A stretch of DNA of 22,873 nt from Geosiphon pyriformis uo1. Its lineage: Eukaryota > Fungi > Glomeromycota. Below are positions 1-12,300 of this stretch, one piece after another. Position 1 is the first letter of the stretch, and each line of letters starts with the position of its first letter. The stretch is from positions 1 through 22,873 of the forward strand of contig JAAOMT010000063.1 of assembly GCA_016748015.1 (NCBI GenBank), given 5' to 3'. The notes under the pieces are model-generated. The model had not been told where the DNA came from. It did not search any database and was given only the letters and a program-made list of their open reading frames with translations. A program made the position numbers and the translations under genes.

Positions 1-359
1 AACGTATTTTGTAATTTTTGCATCTGCAACTCCCATCTATCTTTACTCGTTTTTAGCTCCTTCACTTCTTCTTCTAGCTTTTCTTTTTGCTTTTCTTTTT
101 GCTTTTCTAGCTTTTCTTTTTGCTTTTCTAGCGCCTTTATATCTTCTATCCACCAATGCTTTTCGTTTTCGTTCTTGTACTTCTCCTGTCTCAAATTCTT
201 CTTCAATTCACGTAACTCATCTTCCTTTTCAAACTCCTCTTCCTTCTCACCCATTAACTTTTCTAGCTTCTCACCCTTCTCCTTCAGCTCCCCCACGCAT
301 CTCCCATACTGGGTCTTTACGTATTCTAATTCACGTTTAATATCTTCAACGCTCGTCAT
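1..359 (-). CDS. 5' part of a hypothetical coiled-coil protein (E/K-rich), running off the left edge
   Basis: ATG at 359-357, then 119 stop-free codons: MTSVEDIKRELEYVKTQYGRCVGELKEKGEKLEKLMGEKEEEFEKEDELRELKKNLRQEKYKNENEKHWWIEDIKALEKQKEKLEKQKEKQKEKLEEEVKELKTSKDRWELQMQKLQNT. CpGs are retained. It is missing from the ORF track because no stop lies in the window. Confidence 0.75.
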   Translation of the reverse strand, partial: MTSVEDIKRELEYVKTQYGRCVGELKEKGEKLEKLMGEKEEEFEKEDELRELKKNLRQEKYKNENEKHWWIEDIKALEKQKEKLEKQKEKQKEKLEEEVKELKTSKDRWELQMQKLQNT

Positions 360-1399
360 GCTGTTTTGCGTGTTTGTTATGGTTTGGGAAGATATGGCCT
401 AATATATGTTTGGTTCGTTCAATGACGTTTCAGATCTTTGATTTATCAGTATAATGATAATCAGAGTTTTTACCCCTGCCGTATGCCTATATAATATAAT
501 TGTTTCTTTAATAATTATTGTATTGTGCAATATTCATTAAATTATTTTTGTTTTGTTAAATTGACATTATTATTGTTTTATATATTTTAATATTGAATAA
601 AATTTGTTTTATTATTTTAAAGTAAAAATAATTGTAACTTTTAAAATTGGAAAAAATTAAATATAATTTAATTAAAACTTAAAATATGTAACAAAAATAT
701 TATTTACACATTTTTTGTATATAACCAATAATTTAAACTTATATTAAGCTATATAAATTAAAAAAACTATTTGTTTTTATTTTATTTAAGTATTTAATAA
801 TTTTTTATTTAAATACTTATTTAATTTTTTATTTTAAATATATTTTTATATTTAAGTTTTAATAATTTTAAATTAATATTTTATATTTTTTATAAAATTA
901 TTAATTATTTATTTTAATACAAATTTGTTTGTAACTATAAAACTAATTGGTAGTTTAGCTGGAGTTGTAAATACTAAAAAAAATAAAATAAAATACTGTT
1001 TTAACACAAAAAAAACCAATGTTATCAGAAATTTTTCTATCTTTTTTTTAATGTTATTAATATTGTTTTACTGTTAATTTTGCTATTGATAAAAGTTAAA
1101 AACTCTTTAATAAGCTAATTTTTCTTTTAAAATATTTTTTATACTTTAAATTATATATATTGTTAAATTTAAAATAGAATAATTAATTCTATACCAATTA
1201 TTTTGTGTAATTATTTTGTAATAAAAGCTAATTTTTTTTTAAAAAATCTTATTTGTAAATTTTCTAAATAATATGTAATTATTTTATTGTATAAATTAAT
1301 TCTTTTACAAAAAATTTTAATTATAAGTTATTTAAATAATATAAAAAAAAAATATAAAAACTAAAAAAAAAAAAAAAATATGTTCAAGAAAATTATTTT

Positions 1400-1732
1400 N
1401 NNNNNNNNNNNNNNNNNNNNNNNNNNNNNNNNNNNNNNNNNNNNNNNNNNNNNNNNNNNNNNNNNNNNNNNNNNNNNNNNNNNNNNNNNNNNNNNNNNNN
1501 NNNNNNNNNNNNNNNNNNNNNNNNNNNNNNNNNNNNNNNNNNNNNNNNNNNNNNNNNNNNNNNNNNNNNNNNNNNNNNNNNNNNNNNNNNNNNNNNNNNN
1601 NNNNNNNNNNNNNNNNNNNNNNNNNNNNNNNNNNNNNNNNNNNNNNNNNNNNNNNNNNNNNNNNNNNNNNNNNNNNNNNNNNNNNNNNNNNNNNNNNNNN
1701 NNNNNNNNNNNNNNNNNNNNNNNNNNNNNNNN
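1400..1732. other. assembly gap (333 N)
   Basis: Run of N. Confidence 1.
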
Positions 1733-2007
1733 TTTTAAAATTTGATATTAAATATCAAATATATTTTTTAATCATATTTTATTTAATAATTTTCAAATAT
1801 TACAATTATATAAATTAAAAAAAGATAGATAAATATCAACAAGTAATTTTTTATTTCAAAATATTCAAATACTTGAAAATAAAAAAGAAAAAAAAGAAAA
1901 TAAACAATAAAAAAAAGATTAAGTAAATAGATATTGTTTTATTCTTTTGATTTCTTACATATATTTTTATATCTAAAAAACTTATTGCTTATATAGTTAT
2001 TAAAAAT

Positions 2008-2091
2008 AGTCAACAATCAGATTATTAATTAGATTAATGATCAAATTAATAGTTAGATTAACAATTAAATTATTGATTAAGTTAATGATTA
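2008..2091. repeat. degenerate 12-bp tandem repeat, 7 copies
   Basis: agtcaacaatca gattattaatta gattaatgatca aattaatagtta gattaacaatta aattattgatta agttaatgatta. Confidence 0.7.
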
Positions 2092-2464
2092 CTATTTAAA
2101 AATAGTACAAAAAATTATATAATATTAGGGACTAATATATATAATAACTAATAAAAACTATGGTTTTTAATCATAATATTATTTTCTCTAAAAAAATTAA
2201 ACCCTGGTAAAATCAAATTATTTATGAGATATTCTATTTGAAAAGTTTTGTTTAGCTCAAAACTAACTAGTTTGTTAAAGTTTTTTGTAAATAAAATATA
2301 TAGTATATAAGATAAAAAATAAAAAAAAACTTTCTCTTGTTGATCCTCTGACCATGAAGAGAGCTATAGTTTTTTGTTTAAAGAAGTTGTTTTTTTTTCC
2401 TTTTTTTTCCTTTTCCTTTTTGTTTACTTAAATCATTTCTTCCAATGCACTTTTTTTTGTCATA

Positions 2465-4431
2465 ATAGAACCAGTGGGCACACTTACTGGTGGTTTTGGT
2501 TCATTGTCAACTGAGTTGGAGTTCCAGTCTAGTAATAAGAATAACAAAAAAAAACACAAGTCAATAATGTGTACTCTTGTGGTTTTTTTTTTAAGAAACC
2601 AAAGAAATCTGAAGCTTTTGGTACTGTTGTGAATTTGTCGGCTGGGTCTTTGTTTGCTAAGATATTGTAAACTACTAATATTAGGCATGACAAATCTTGG
2701 AGCAGTAAGATAGAAAGTGAGAAAAGCAGTGTAAGTAGATTGTCAGATGTAAAAAACTTGAAGAATACAGTCACTGAAGAAATGAGCTATGTTGACTCCA
2801 ATGCTTCTAAAATAGATGACATGATAGATGACACAACTCCTAAGAAGACAAGAACAAGAACTTATGTCTTGGGGCAACTGCCAAAAGCTTCTTTTTTTGT
2901 GAATGCAAGTAACAACAATAGTAAATTAGTGCTCTCAGTGCCTAAATTTGTTAGATCCAATCAGCTGCTGTCTGCCAAGTCACGTGTTCTAGAAAAACGG
3001 AATTTCAAGTCAGTAAAATTGTTTGTGTTAGATGTTAAGTTGTCTGTTGTTCTTAGAAAGACTAATAGTGATAAATTATTGGCAATAAAAAATTTTTTTT
3101 ATTAAATTGATGGTTTTGGAGAGGCATTGACTCTTTTAAAATTTCCAGACATCATTAGAGCTTCATTTACTTCTGAGTTTAGTTTGAATAAGGCAAAGAT
3201 ATTGACAATCTGTGAGAAAATTATTGTTAATAATGATTTAAGAAAAATAAATAGCTGTTCAGATTAGGAGGTAATTATCAAGGAGATTCCAGTCAATCTT
3301 TTCAAATTGGCTATAGAATCTGTTTTTTTCAAGTTTGGCAATGTAGTTTCAATTAAAGTGCAATTAATTGGTCTGTGGCAAAAAGCCTTAGTGGAGTTTG
3401 AGTCTTCTGAAATAGCTGATTTGGTCACAGCTAGATGGTCTGTCTTTATGAGAAAAGATTCTGTTTATGTAGCAAAAGCCATTAATGATAAACAAACATG
3501 AGTTTTCAGAAATTACCATCGGGCTTTGTTGTACACACTTCTAGTTGGTACCACTGCTCATGATTTGTCAGGTTTAGTAGATTCTTATGGTGAGAAAACT
3601 TGCTTTATTGGCTGTAATCTTGGTTTATATGTTCATGATAGATGCACTGTTGTCTGTTTTAATAGTGAGACATTCAAATTGGCTGCTATTGGTTCTGTTC
3701 CAGTTTATAAGGGTGTGAATTTACACTGGGCTGGTCTTTTTCTGGCTTGTTGCACCAAGTGTAGACAATTTGGTCATATTTCTAATGCGTGTTTAATTGG
3801 TGAGAATTCTGGAGTTTGTCGTAAGCAGGTGGTATCTTCTTAAGATTAGGTTTGTTTAGCTAAGATTTATAAGAGAAAGCAGGCTCTGGTTGCCTGTTCA
3901 ATGTCTTTTGATAGAAAAACTTAGGCCCAAGTTGCAAGTGGCTTTTTTTTTTATGTGGTCTTGTTAGTTTTTTCTGGTATTGGTTCGCTTTTAAGTGTGA
4001 AACTCTTGGTAATGACTTCCAACCTTCTTGATGATTCTGGTTTGGCCAACCATATGGCTTTTTTGGAGCATTCTTTGGAGCTTTTGTTGGATCGGATTTT
4101 AGATATTTTAAAAAGATTGAGCCTTGTAAATTTGATGTCAATGTCATTGCCACCTTGTGCTCCTCCCCTTCTTGTTGCTCCTTCCCTGAATTAAGTTTTG
4201 AATTCGGATATGACTGTGGATAGTGTGGTAGTGCTCTCTTCTTCTTCTCTTCCGTTGGTCAATAATGCTACTCCCAAACTAAGTCTGAGTAGTTCAAAAG
4301 TGCTTACCACCAAGATCGGTGGATTGAAATCAAAAATGATGGCTCTGGAGATTTTAGTCAGTTTGGTTTTGGCAAGTTTGGACTCTTTGTGTTCTGGTTT
4401 GGGTTTGTTGTCTCTTTATTCATCTCAATGA
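2465..4431 (+). pseudogene. LINE A ORF1 (nucleic-acid chaperone: RRM-like plus CCHC zinc knuckle), multiple stops
   Basis: RRM-like IESVFFKFGNVVSIKVQL..KALVEFESSE (3307-3420); knuckle CTKCRQFGHISNAC (3751-3792); C-terminal coiled segment ending at TGA 4429-4431. Start is inferred at ATA GAA CCA (ATG>ATA). Confidence 0.85.
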
Positions 4432-7400
4432 TCAGTTTAGTTTGGAAAATTGCTATTTGTAATGTTCAAGGTATAAATAATCCTGCAAAACAGGAGGATA
4501 TTGTTCATTGACACAAAGATATAGGCAATTTAATTTCAATTATTACTGAGACCAAGTTACAAAGTAGGATCTATCTATGAATTGCTAATAGGTTTGATGG
4601 TGTCTGGGTTTTTACTTCTGGTGTGGACTCTGGTAACTTAGATTCTGGTGTTGCTATTATTATGGATATTTTTCTGGCTCATTATGTGTGTAAAATTTCT
4701 GAAATTCCTGGTCAGCTCCTCTCTGTTAGACTACTTTTCAAAAGCAAACTTTCTATTTCAATTTTGGGGTTCTATGCTAGTGCTTCTTTGTCAGTTCAGT
4801 TCTCCCAAGCTGGTGAAATCAACTCTATGATTACTAAAGCTGTGAATGAGTTTTCTTTTGTTGTTTTGGGTGACAACTTCAATGAAAATAGTTCTTATAA
4901 GTGTGCTAGTTTCAAAAAATGCCTAGATCTTGGTTTAATCAACTCATTTTGTGAAAGTTTTTTTGTTAAGACTCTTACTTGGGCCAATTTTTATGGTGTG
5001 GCTAAAATGATCAACTTTCTGTTCATCTTTTTAAACTTGGTTAATGCTGTGATGGATTACAATGTGTGTGGTGTTGGGAAATTTTTTGATACTAATCATT
5101 GGGCTGTTTCTGTGTCTGTGGGTTTGGGTGGACTTTTAGATATGTAATTGAACTCTTTTCACAAGCAAGTAAATAGAAATTAGTGGAAATTTGATTTTAA
5201 GGGTGCTGATATTAATAAGTGAAAAATGGTACATTGACCAATGCTGGGATGTTTTCCAATAAATTTGTTACTGCTGTCAAGCTCTTAGACCTGGATGCCA
5301 TATGGGATGTTTTGCATAGAATAATGACTCTTTCAGCAAATGAGATATTTAAAAAGAAGTGGTTTAAGGATTTTGATAGTGTGTTCACCAAAGTTTTTTC
5401 AAGATGTTACAGATTGGAGCTTTTAGTTTTGAAAATTATCAAGGTCTCTTGTAAAGGAAGTAGCATTAGTTTTGTCTCTCTTATAAAGTGCTGGGCCTCT
5501 TTGGATAGTGTTAAGACCTTAGTTGTTTAGGATTTTATTGACTCTGGTGCAAACTCTAATCATGTTCATTTTGCTCTCTCTGGCATAAGGAAGTTATATC
5601 ATGCATTTAAGCTTGCTGAATCTCTGGCAGCTAAGGAAGCAAACATTAAATCTGCTATAAATAGGAGAATAAAAAGCTTTAAGATGAATAAGAATCATAC
5701 TATCAGGAGTGTTCTGGAGCATTCTTTCTACAAAATGGTTCTGGACCACCTGGTTGTTAATGATGGGCTTATCTTAGAGCCCAATTCAGTTAAATCTAAG
5801 GTAGACATTATTATGGAAGGTTGGACCAGGAAGCATAGTGTGGTTGCTAATATATCTGATACTTGGTTTCATCAATATTGGCCATTGGATTATGTTTTTG
5901 ATAAGACTTTTTCTGGTGTTATGCATTCAGTTGAGTTTAGTGAGCTGCTTAATATAATTTCCAATCTGCCTAATGGTAAAGCTGCTGGTCTCTTGGGTAT
6001 TATAAATGAGCTTTGAAAACATTGTGACAGGTCAATTCTGAATATGCTTTTGGTACTTTTGAACTTTTGTTTTTCTTGTGAATCAGTGCCCAGATCTTGA
6101 AAAGAGGCTTGAGTCTCGATAATTCTTAAACCATATGAGTGGGAAAGTGTTCTTACAAATACCCACCCTATTGCTTTGATCAAAACAGCTTATAAGATTC
6201 TTTTTAAGATACTCTTTGATAGGATCTCTTTGGCATGCAGCACTTTTAACATTCTTTATGAGAACAATTTTTCAGTTTTAAAGGGTATGACAACTCAGTC
6301 TCCTATTTTTGCAATTGGATTAGTGGTTGAGGATGTGTTGGAAAAGAATTGGAAGCTCTGGCTGGTTTTGCAAGATATGTGGAAAGCATATGATTCAGTT
6401 GGCTGAAAACATCTCAAGAAAAGTTTGGTCAGAATCAAGATGTATGGCAGGTTCATTTGGTTTTTTGGTGCTATTTATAAGAATTGTACCAACAGAGTGA
6501 TGACAGATTTTGGGTTGACAGATGGTTATTGAATACATAATGATTTGGACTAGAGAGAGGTTTTTTCTCCCCTTCTGTGGCGTATATTTTATAATCTTCT
6601 GTTGTGTGAAATCAATCATTAGGAAAGTGTATACAGGTATAGAATCAATTCTCACTTTATTTTCAGGAGTAGTTGCATTGAATCTCAGACCGGGATCTTT
6701 TCTTTCTTTGCTGCTAGTACTTTTGTTGATGATACAATTTGGGTTGGTAGCAGTCAGAGTGCTACTCAACACATTTTTGATGTTGCTAGTAAGTTTTTTT
6801 GAATCAATAACATTTCTATTAATAATAATAAAACAGTGATCATTTCCATCAACAGCAGAATTAGTAATCTTTCTCTTTTTATTAGTGGTTTGCCCATTTC
6901 TATCACAAAAAAGGGGGAGTCTTATTGGTATTTGAGTATTTTTTTTTTAACTAAAGGTCTTTTAAAGCCTAGTTTGGTTAAGATGCATTTGGATGTTTAT
7001 TTTTTTACCAACCTGGTCCTGAAGAAAGCTGTTTTGGATAAGCAATTCTTGTATTTGGTGTTAGTAGTTCTCTATTCTATTGTCAGTTATAGAACTCAGT
7101 TTAGCTTTGTTCCTATTGATGTGTGTAATAAGTGGGATGCTCTAATTTGTAAAAACTTAAAACTTAAGTCTGGTCTGCCTTTTGACTTTCCTTGTGATAT
7201 AATACACCATTTTTCATTTTATGGTCTAAAGTTTTTCTTGCAAATTCAATTTGAAAGTAAGATTGCATCTCTTGTTAGCTTTGCAAACTCTGGTGGAGTT
7301 CTGAATTGCTTGTTTTCTTACTGGTTACATGACTTGCAAGTTTGGTGTTGGCACTCTGTTTATCTATTGGTTTCTTCTGTTTGTACTTATATCAATGCCT

Positions 7401-9106
7401 TTAATAATTTTTTGGCAGACATGGTTCGTATTCTCTTTGATTGTGATTTGTTTTTAAGTGGCTCTTTGGCCAATTTTTTTTGATTTTGTAGTGAAATGCC
7501 CATGCTGGTTGTTCTAAGTGAGTCAAGGTTTGTTAAGTTTCTCTCTTCTCTCTGGTAGTATGGTATTGTTTTTGTAGATTAACTTTATAATCATCATGGT
7601 GCTGTTTTTGATTTGTATACTTTTAAGTGGTAGAAGAGATTGGACCTCTGTGGTCCTGTTTCAGAGTGGTTCAAGCTGTCTGCTGCTTTTTTCAATGATG
7701 TGAATTTGTCTTCAACTCGTCCTTTGGCTGTGTATGATAGTGGTTCTTTAGACATTTATGGGTCTGATGACTTTGTGTCTGTTTGTAATTGTCTTTTGCA
7801 GATTAATGCTGGTGAGTTGTCTGTGTACATGAATAGATCTTTGAAAGATCTGGGCATGGCTAGCTGTAGGACTGGTGCTGCTGTTTTTTTTGGGGACATT
7901 AATTTGGGTTTGGGTGTTGGTATGTCTGGTATAATGTCTTTTACTCTGGCTGAGTTGTAGGCTATTGTCTTGGCTCTGAAATGTATTCCTCTATCCAGTT
8001 TTGTTTACCTGTTTTCAGATAGTCAATCTGCTTTGGATGCTTGTAAGTCAAAACTGGGTCTGGTGTGTCCTGATTTTCGTAATTAGTGTTGGATAAAGCA
8101 TTGTCATATTATTAATGTTATTCATGGTAAGAATCTAAGGATTATTTGGCATAAGATGAAAGACCACTTTGGTGTTTTAGGGAATGAGTGTGCTGACATG
8201 ATTGCTGGTGCTGCTTCTCTTTCAAGTTGGTATCTCTCTTCTTGCCTGGATAAACATTTTATTATGGCTGATTATAGTATAGTTTTTGGTAATTCTAGAC
8301 ACTTTGTTTATGATATCTTTTATTCTATTTGTCATGCACATTAGAAGGTTGGTTCTAGTTTGAGGTTTTTGGAAGATGGTCTGCTTTTTGATATTGATTG
8401 AGTACACCCTTCGTTGGTGTGGCATTCTGATTTGTACATGGCTACTGGTTTTACCAATCAATCTTCAGTTAATGCACACACATATTTCATGAAGATTTTA
8501 CATCATTGCTTGCCCATTGTCATTCAGAAACGTCTTTATAGTAGACTTTATCCCAGTGTTTTGTGCTTATATTGTGGTAATGTGGAGGTGTTAGATTATG
8601 CATTCTCTTGTAGAATTGATGAATCTATCTGCCGTCAGGTATTGGCTTTTTACATAGATTCTTGGAAGGCTCTTTCTGGTCTCACTCATTCTTTTTCATG
8701 CATGTTGCAACTATTATTGTTCTGTACTTCTGGTTCTTTTGTATCTACAGCTTTCTTCAAGGGTTTTGTTTTTGATGGTTGGTTCTACAAAACTGTTTCC
8801 ATTTTTTGTGATCCTAAGGTTGCTAATATGGAGATTGTCAAATTTGTGCACTCTCTCAGTGTGGCTTTTAGAAATGATATTTGGTTGGTTCATGCCAAGC
8901 ACTGCACTTATATGAAAAAAAATAGTTTAATTTCCCTTGATAGTTCAGCAGTTGTTTCAGTTTTTGGTTTGGCTTTGGGATTTTCTGTTGATGTGCTAAA
9001 GCTGCTTGGCATTGCTGATGCTTTTGGTATACATTTTGGTTTTCACAAATCTTGTTCATTTTTTTTAGGTATTAGTGGCTCAGTGTCAGTTCATATAGCT
9101 GCATAG
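4428..9106 (+). pseudogene. LINE A ORF2 polyprotein (AP endonuclease, reverse transcriptase, RNase H, C-terminal Zn finger), multiple stops
   Basis: APE: MISLVWKIAICNVQGIN..ITETKL (4428-4560), LGDNFNE (~4865-4885), TNH (~5091). RT: KAAGLLGI (~5980), NTHPIALI (~6160), QDMWKAYDSV (~6370-6400), LD*REVFSPLLW (~6545-6580), FVDD (6722-6733). RNase H: VYMNRSL (~7823), LAEL, FSDSQSAL (~8012), KDHFGVLGNECAD (~8160-8200). Zn finger CLYC-x-C (~8564-8610). Stop TAG at 9104-9106. Confidence 0.95.
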
Positions 9107-9228
9107 TGTTGTTTTGATTGGTCTGAGTGGCTGGTCACGTGTAAAAAGTACATAATTCACACATAGTTTAGATCATTTCTTTGATGTATAGTGCTAGACT
9201 GTGTTTGAACCTCACTCATTAAATATAT

Positions 9229-9248
9229 AAAAAAATAAAATAAAATAA
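9229..9248 (+). other. A-rich 3' tail of LINE A
   Basis: aaaaaaataaaataaaataa, about 120 bp after the ORF2 stop. Confidence 0.7.
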
Positions 9249-9304
9249 GCTTTGTATCTAAGAAATCAAATTTTTATATAAAAATTTTAGCTTTTTTGGC
9301 AATA

Positions 9305-12300
9305 ATTTCTTAACTTTTAACCAAATTACTAAAAAATTCTTATCTTTAATCAAGTTTGCAATATGTTTTTTTTTCATTCAACAGTAATTACAAAAGTCTA
9401 AACTCAATTACTTCAATACTAAAATACAAGTATTCATAACAGTCTGGTTATTTAAATACACTATTTTAGCACAAGAAAAAGATATACACTTTAGAAAAAG
9501 AGCTACAACATATAATTTGGTTAGTATTAATAACAATAACTTATAAACTTTGATCTCAACCCTTAAATTCACTTCAAAAAAATATGCAGCAGCTCTATTA
9601 GTAATAGCAGAAAAACCTAATTTTTTAAAGACTTATCAGTATATATATTAATTTTATTTGACCAGATCTTATGCAAACACTTTTTCAGTATTGAAAATTT
9701 ATTTAACAATAAACACTATCATTTACCAACCCAGAAGTTATACCAGAAGATACTAATACAAGATTAGAATTATGTAAAAACTTTAATATCAAAACAAACC
9801 AAAAAGATATAAACTTTATAGAATCTAATTTTTTTTAGTAGCAAAATGTTTTTTAATTTATTATTTTTCTTTTCTTGTCCAAAAGTATGTTACAAAAAAT
9901 CATTTCAAATTTTATCAAGAACCAATTTTATTAAAATACAGAGAAACTCTTAGAATACTTAATATAAAAAACTTGTCAAAATTAAAAAATACATAAGGCA
10001 AATTATTTACCAACAAAAAACCATTGTCCCAAAAAATACACATTAATTTAGCCAAAAATTGTTAAAAAAACTGACTTATAACCAAATTAGATATTGCAAA
10101 AAATTCAAAGAAGCCTAGTTCAAAACTTAAAAATCCAAGAACATAACCAAAAAATTAACTAAAAATACCAGCAGCATTTATAAAAGCAATAGTTGAAGCA
10201 ATTTTTTTTTTAATTTGAACTTGCTCAAACGTTTTTAGATTATATAATAAAAAATGATGCAATATATTACTAAAAAAATCGTGAAATAAATCAGTTTTTA
10301 ATCTAAAAAATTTTTTGACTATAATATTTTATTAACAGCAACTTTAGAAAAAACAAAGCTAAACTGTAATCAATACTCAATTATAAATTGCAGAACAGCT
10401 AAAATCAGATAAAAAAATTGTTTATTTATAATAGCTTTTTTTAATACCATATTTAAAAAAAACTTAATATTAAACTGAGTCTTGATTATACTGGGTTTTA
10501 ATAAATTATCTGTCAATAAAAAATATTCAAATATCTATGTGGTATTTTACTTTTGAAAAATAAAATTAGTAGTCTACTAATTCTTAAAAAAACATTTTTA
10601 ATTTGTTAATTAATAAAAATAACTACTGTTTTATTAATATTAATTAAGATATCATTAAATAAAAAAAATTTACGGGCAATATTTAATATATATTGTATAA
10701 AAGTTTGATTATTTTCAATCCTAATAGTGTCATCAATAAAAGCACCAGTTATAAGAAAAAAATTTTTTTTTTTTTGGTATTTATACTGTTTGTTTTGACT
10801 ATAAATCTGGTATTAATTTAATATCTATATAAATATTCATGTTTTTTAATCTTATATAAAAAAGAGTTATAGAAGATTCTTTAAAAAAAAGAAGAGAATA
10901 TTTTATTTTGATATAATTTATTATGTACTTAATATTTACATATAAGGCCAAAGTTTGTTATAACTTTATTTATCTTGTTTTTATAAATACTGTTAAAGAA
11001 ATTGATAAATTTCTTACGTATTTTGATATACTGCATATTGGTTTTTAAATAAAACTAATCAACAGAATTATATGTTTTGTACATATTTTGTAATACCAAT
11101 CAAATTTTTTTATTCTTTTTTAAAGCATCTTTAATTATTAAGCCAATAGCAAAAACAAAAAACTACATCAAAGTACTTTTTAAAACAGAAAAATTGTCAT
11201 TACAAAAAACATTAAATCAGTTATATACAAATGAGATCCAATCTGAAAAAATTTTTAAAAAAATTTTCTTAGCTGTTTCAATCAGAGTAATTAGCTTAGT
11301 GTTTATAAAAACTTTATTCTATTTATAAAATTTAGATATTATAGAGACTTATGCCCTTTTTTAAAAAATTGATATTATACTCAAAAATAAACATGAGTTT
11401 AAAAAAACTAAAAAACATTTAATAATATTTTTATTATAATATTTTTACAGTTTATTTAAAATACTATTTAGACCAACAGTTTTTCTATTTAGCAAATCTT
11501 TTATTACATAAACTAATTTTTTAAAACCAATAACACTTATAATTTTTAAAAAGACTTCATTATTTATATAATTCAAAAAGCATATTAATTAATTTAGAGC
11601 CTTGACAATAATCCAAAAATCATATATTTTTTGGTCTAATTTTTTATAATAACATCTACTTTAAATTTAATTTTATTAGACTTCAAAACCAGTTTTTTAT
11701 TAACTCTTAAATAATCTAATATTATCTTATAAAACAGCTTTTTTAATATATTTCTAATTATGTAGTCTTTATTTAAACAAAAATTTTCTATTTTTTTCTT
11801 AATTACACATTTAATAGTAATTATTTTAGCAGCTTTAAACTTATACAATTTGGATTTATAATAATTTTTTCTGATCTTAAACATAATAACTAAAAACATT
11901 TATTAATTTAGCTTTATTTTAAATTATAATTTGTATTTTAGAAGTTTTATTTCTATTAACAACTAGCCAAATGTAAAATAGAATATTAGTTTTAAACATA
12001 TCACTAGATCTAAAAAATTTTATTATTTTGATAACTAATAATTCCAATTTAAAAAACTTTAATAACTGTTTATTAAAAGAATATTTGATCTTATTATATC
12101 AATATTTAAAGAATATCTTATTAGCTAATTTTACTATTACATTTCTTAAAAGATTATACATAATATTTAGATTATTTTTTTTATTTGTTTTATTGAATTT
12201 ATTAATTATTAAATAGAGTTTAATTAAAAAAAAATCATAAAAATTATTCTATTTACTATTATTAACATCTCTAATCTTAAATTTCTAATGATTTCTATTA

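Larger units (their letters stand above)
2330..9248 (+). mobile_element. LINE A: full-length, degenerate non-LTR retrotransposon (APE-RT-RNase H type)
   Basis: Pyrimidine-rich 5' UTR, ORF1, ORF2 with APE, RT, RNase H and Zn-finger motifs in order, short 3' UTR and A-rich tail. Ends are approximate. Confidence 0.95.

Noticed and set aside
175-402. 75-aa Ser/Phe-rich + strand ORF
   Set aside because: Antisense shadow of the E/K-rich minus-strand CDS.
1380-1745. 121-aa ORF
   Set aside because: Artefact of the N gap.
2300-2330. Target-site duplication for LINE A (A-rich tracts at both ends)
   Set aside because: Low-complexity A tracts with no unambiguous duplicated sequence.
2428-9059. Minus-strand and off-frame ORFs in LINE A (e.g. 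2428-2688, 3860-4153, 5890-6183, 6395-6772, 6522-6839, 8222-8461)
   Set aside because: Antisense or alternative frames of the LINE ORFs with no motifs; the true RT frame (FVDD) lies in a stop-interrupted frame.
4428-9106. Alternative genetic code or stop readthrough explaining the in-frame stops
   Set aside because: TGA, TAG and TAA all occur at Trp, Gln and Arg positions and catalytic residues are mutated too, which fits pseudogenisation by transitions.
9268-9287. Perfect 20-bp palindrome aaatttttatataaaaattt
   Set aside because: A/T-only in very AT-rich DNA, so likely chance.
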